A DNA stretch of 38,006 bases from contig JAJRTR010000148.1 in assembly GCA_024278215.1 (NCBI GenBank), forward strand, positions 1 to 38,006, written 5' to 3'. Shown piece by piece: positions 36,807 through 38,006 of the stretch (its first letter is position 1; each line of letters opens with the position of its first letter). Source of the DNA: a bacterium (lineage in GTDB: Bacteria > UBP15 > UBA6099 > JAJRTR01). The notes beneath the pieces were generated by a model. It made no database searches and was not told the DNA's origin. It was given only the letters and a program-made list of their open reading frames with translations. Both the position numbers and the translations under genes were made by a program.

Positions 36807-37805
36807 ATGGAAGAGAAGTGTTTGATAACAGGCGGAAGCGGAATGCTTGGCCGAGAGTTGGCAAGCCAGTTGATTTGCGCAGGTGTCGTTGTCAGGATTC
36901 TCGACGAAAAGGTGGATCACAACCCTGTGGACGGCGTCGAGTATATAGTCGGGGATATAAGGAATCCTGAGTTTACTGATACGGCATGTGACGGCGCGAC
37001 AACGATTTTTCATCTTGCGGCCGCACCGCTGGACGCGGACCCGGATGTGATTCGGGACGTAAACATAAACGGCACGGCAAACATGCTCCAGAGTGCCGAA
37101 CTGACAGGAGTGTCGAAGTTTGTTTTCGCGTCGTGCTGCACGGTGTACGGTTATCCGCCGGAGCGGGTACCATGCACGGAGGACACGCCTCTTTATTCGT
37201 CGGGCGCTTTTTCTCTGTCAAAAGTCATAGGTGAGGAATTGTGTTTCGAGGCGATGGAGCGCATCGGTATTATGGCGTCTGCAATAAGAGCGCCGGTGAT
37301 ACTGGGGCCGGGAATGAAAGATGAATTCATCACAAAATGGATCGTCGAGCGGGCGGTCGAGAACCAGCCGATTTTTCTGCCGGGCTCTGAAAAAGCGAAG
37401 CGACATTATGTGGATGTTCAGGACTGCGCGAGAGCGTTTATCGCAGCGGCGGCGACTCCTGAAGCTGCGGGCCTGAGCTTCAATGTCGGATATGCCCGCA
37501 CTCATACCGACGAGCATGTCGCAAGAGCAGTTATAAAAGCGGCGCGGTCTTTTTCTCTGACAATCGCCGTGCCCAAACCGATTGTGGAACTCGCCCTTCG
37601 CGTTATGAAAATGACGGACGAGCGAGGGCCGTTGCATCCCGAAACCGCCGGTATGCTTTTCAATGATTACTACTATGATATAAGCAGGGCCGGGGAAATC
37701 CTCGGATGGAAACCCGACAAAAGCCTGTCTGTAACTATGTATGAATACATGAGATGGTATCGTCGAAGGCAACTGAAAAAAGAACGCGCCGAAGCCGCTG
37801 TCTGA
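36807..37805 (+). CDS. Extended SDR / NAD-dependent epimerase with catalytic Tyr replaced by Phe
   Basis: GGAGG RBS; ITGGSGMLG, IFHLAA, NINGT, FSLSK in place of YxxxK. Confidence 0.88.
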   Translation: MEEKCLITGGSGMLGRELASQLICAGVVVRILDEKVDHNPVDGVEYIVGDIRNPEFTDTACDGATTIFHLAAAPLDADPDVIRDVNINGTANMLQSAELTGVSKFVFASCCTVYGYPPERVPCTEDTPLYSSGAFSLSKVIGEELCFEAMERIGIMASAIRAPVILGPGMKDEFITKWIVERAVENQPIFLPGSEKAKRHYVDVQDCARAFIAAAATPEAAGLSFNVGYARTHTDEHVARAVIKAARSFSLTIAVPKPIVELALRVMKMTDERGPLHPETAGMLFNDYYYDISRAGEILGWKPDKSLSVTMYEYMRWYRRRQLKKERAEAAV

Positions 37806-37968
37806 AGATTATTGGTTATACACAATTTATTATTCGTTCCAACAAATACGACACGCAATATATTCATAAAGTTTCTGTGGGGCATCCGGGAATCAAGTGG
37901 GTGACCACAACATGTAGTGTAGAAAGGATAGAAAGGCGAGTTTATCGCATTCAGGACGATAACTGGAG

Positions 37969-38005
37969 AGAAAAAGAAAGAGAGGCCCCATTGAGAGGGC
38001 CTCTC
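37969..38005 (-). terminator. Intrinsic terminator of a minus-strand gene beyond the window
   Basis: GAGAGGCCC-N8-GGGCCTCTC stem followed on the minus strand by TTTCTTTTTC. Confidence 0.75.
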
Positions 38006-38006
38006 C

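Noticed and set aside
1-38006. CRISPR array, tRNA/rRNA, transposase, integrase or defence genes
   Set aside because: No repeat-spacer periodicity, RNA gene signature or relevant protein motif seen; the repeats are dispersed MITEs

Overview
Chromosomal window from a bacterium of undetermined lineage, probably diderm (signal peptides, a lipoprotein, PilZ, alpha-2-macroglobulin, AmgK/MurU-like pair). About 27 genes, mostly housekeeping, envelope or proteostasis: mfd, pcm, ald, manC, 5-formyl-THF cyclo-ligase, M16 and M48 proteases, NfeD-stomatin, alpha-2-macroglobulin, two extended SDRs and two GT-C glycosyltransferases. No rRNA, tRNA, CRISPR array or transposase was seen. The strongest unannotated signal is a ~179-bp palindromic MITE family with 17-bp TIRs, 4-bp target-site duplications and a core resembling Rickettsia palindromic element RPE1. 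It occurs as three full copies (5890-6067, 12051-12229, 13939-14117), one truncated copy (24251-24298) and a probable collapsed scar (4909-4922). The four oriented copies share the same orientation relative to a downstream gene, and the three full copies and the scar lie just after candidate -10 boxes. Other oddities: two convergent GT-C genes each broken at a homopolymer, a ~120-aa four-repeat insertion in NfeD, a protein resembling an archaeal family, a Tyr-to-Phe SDR and a decayed GGDEF remnant. All assignments come from reading motifs by eye; no searches were run.
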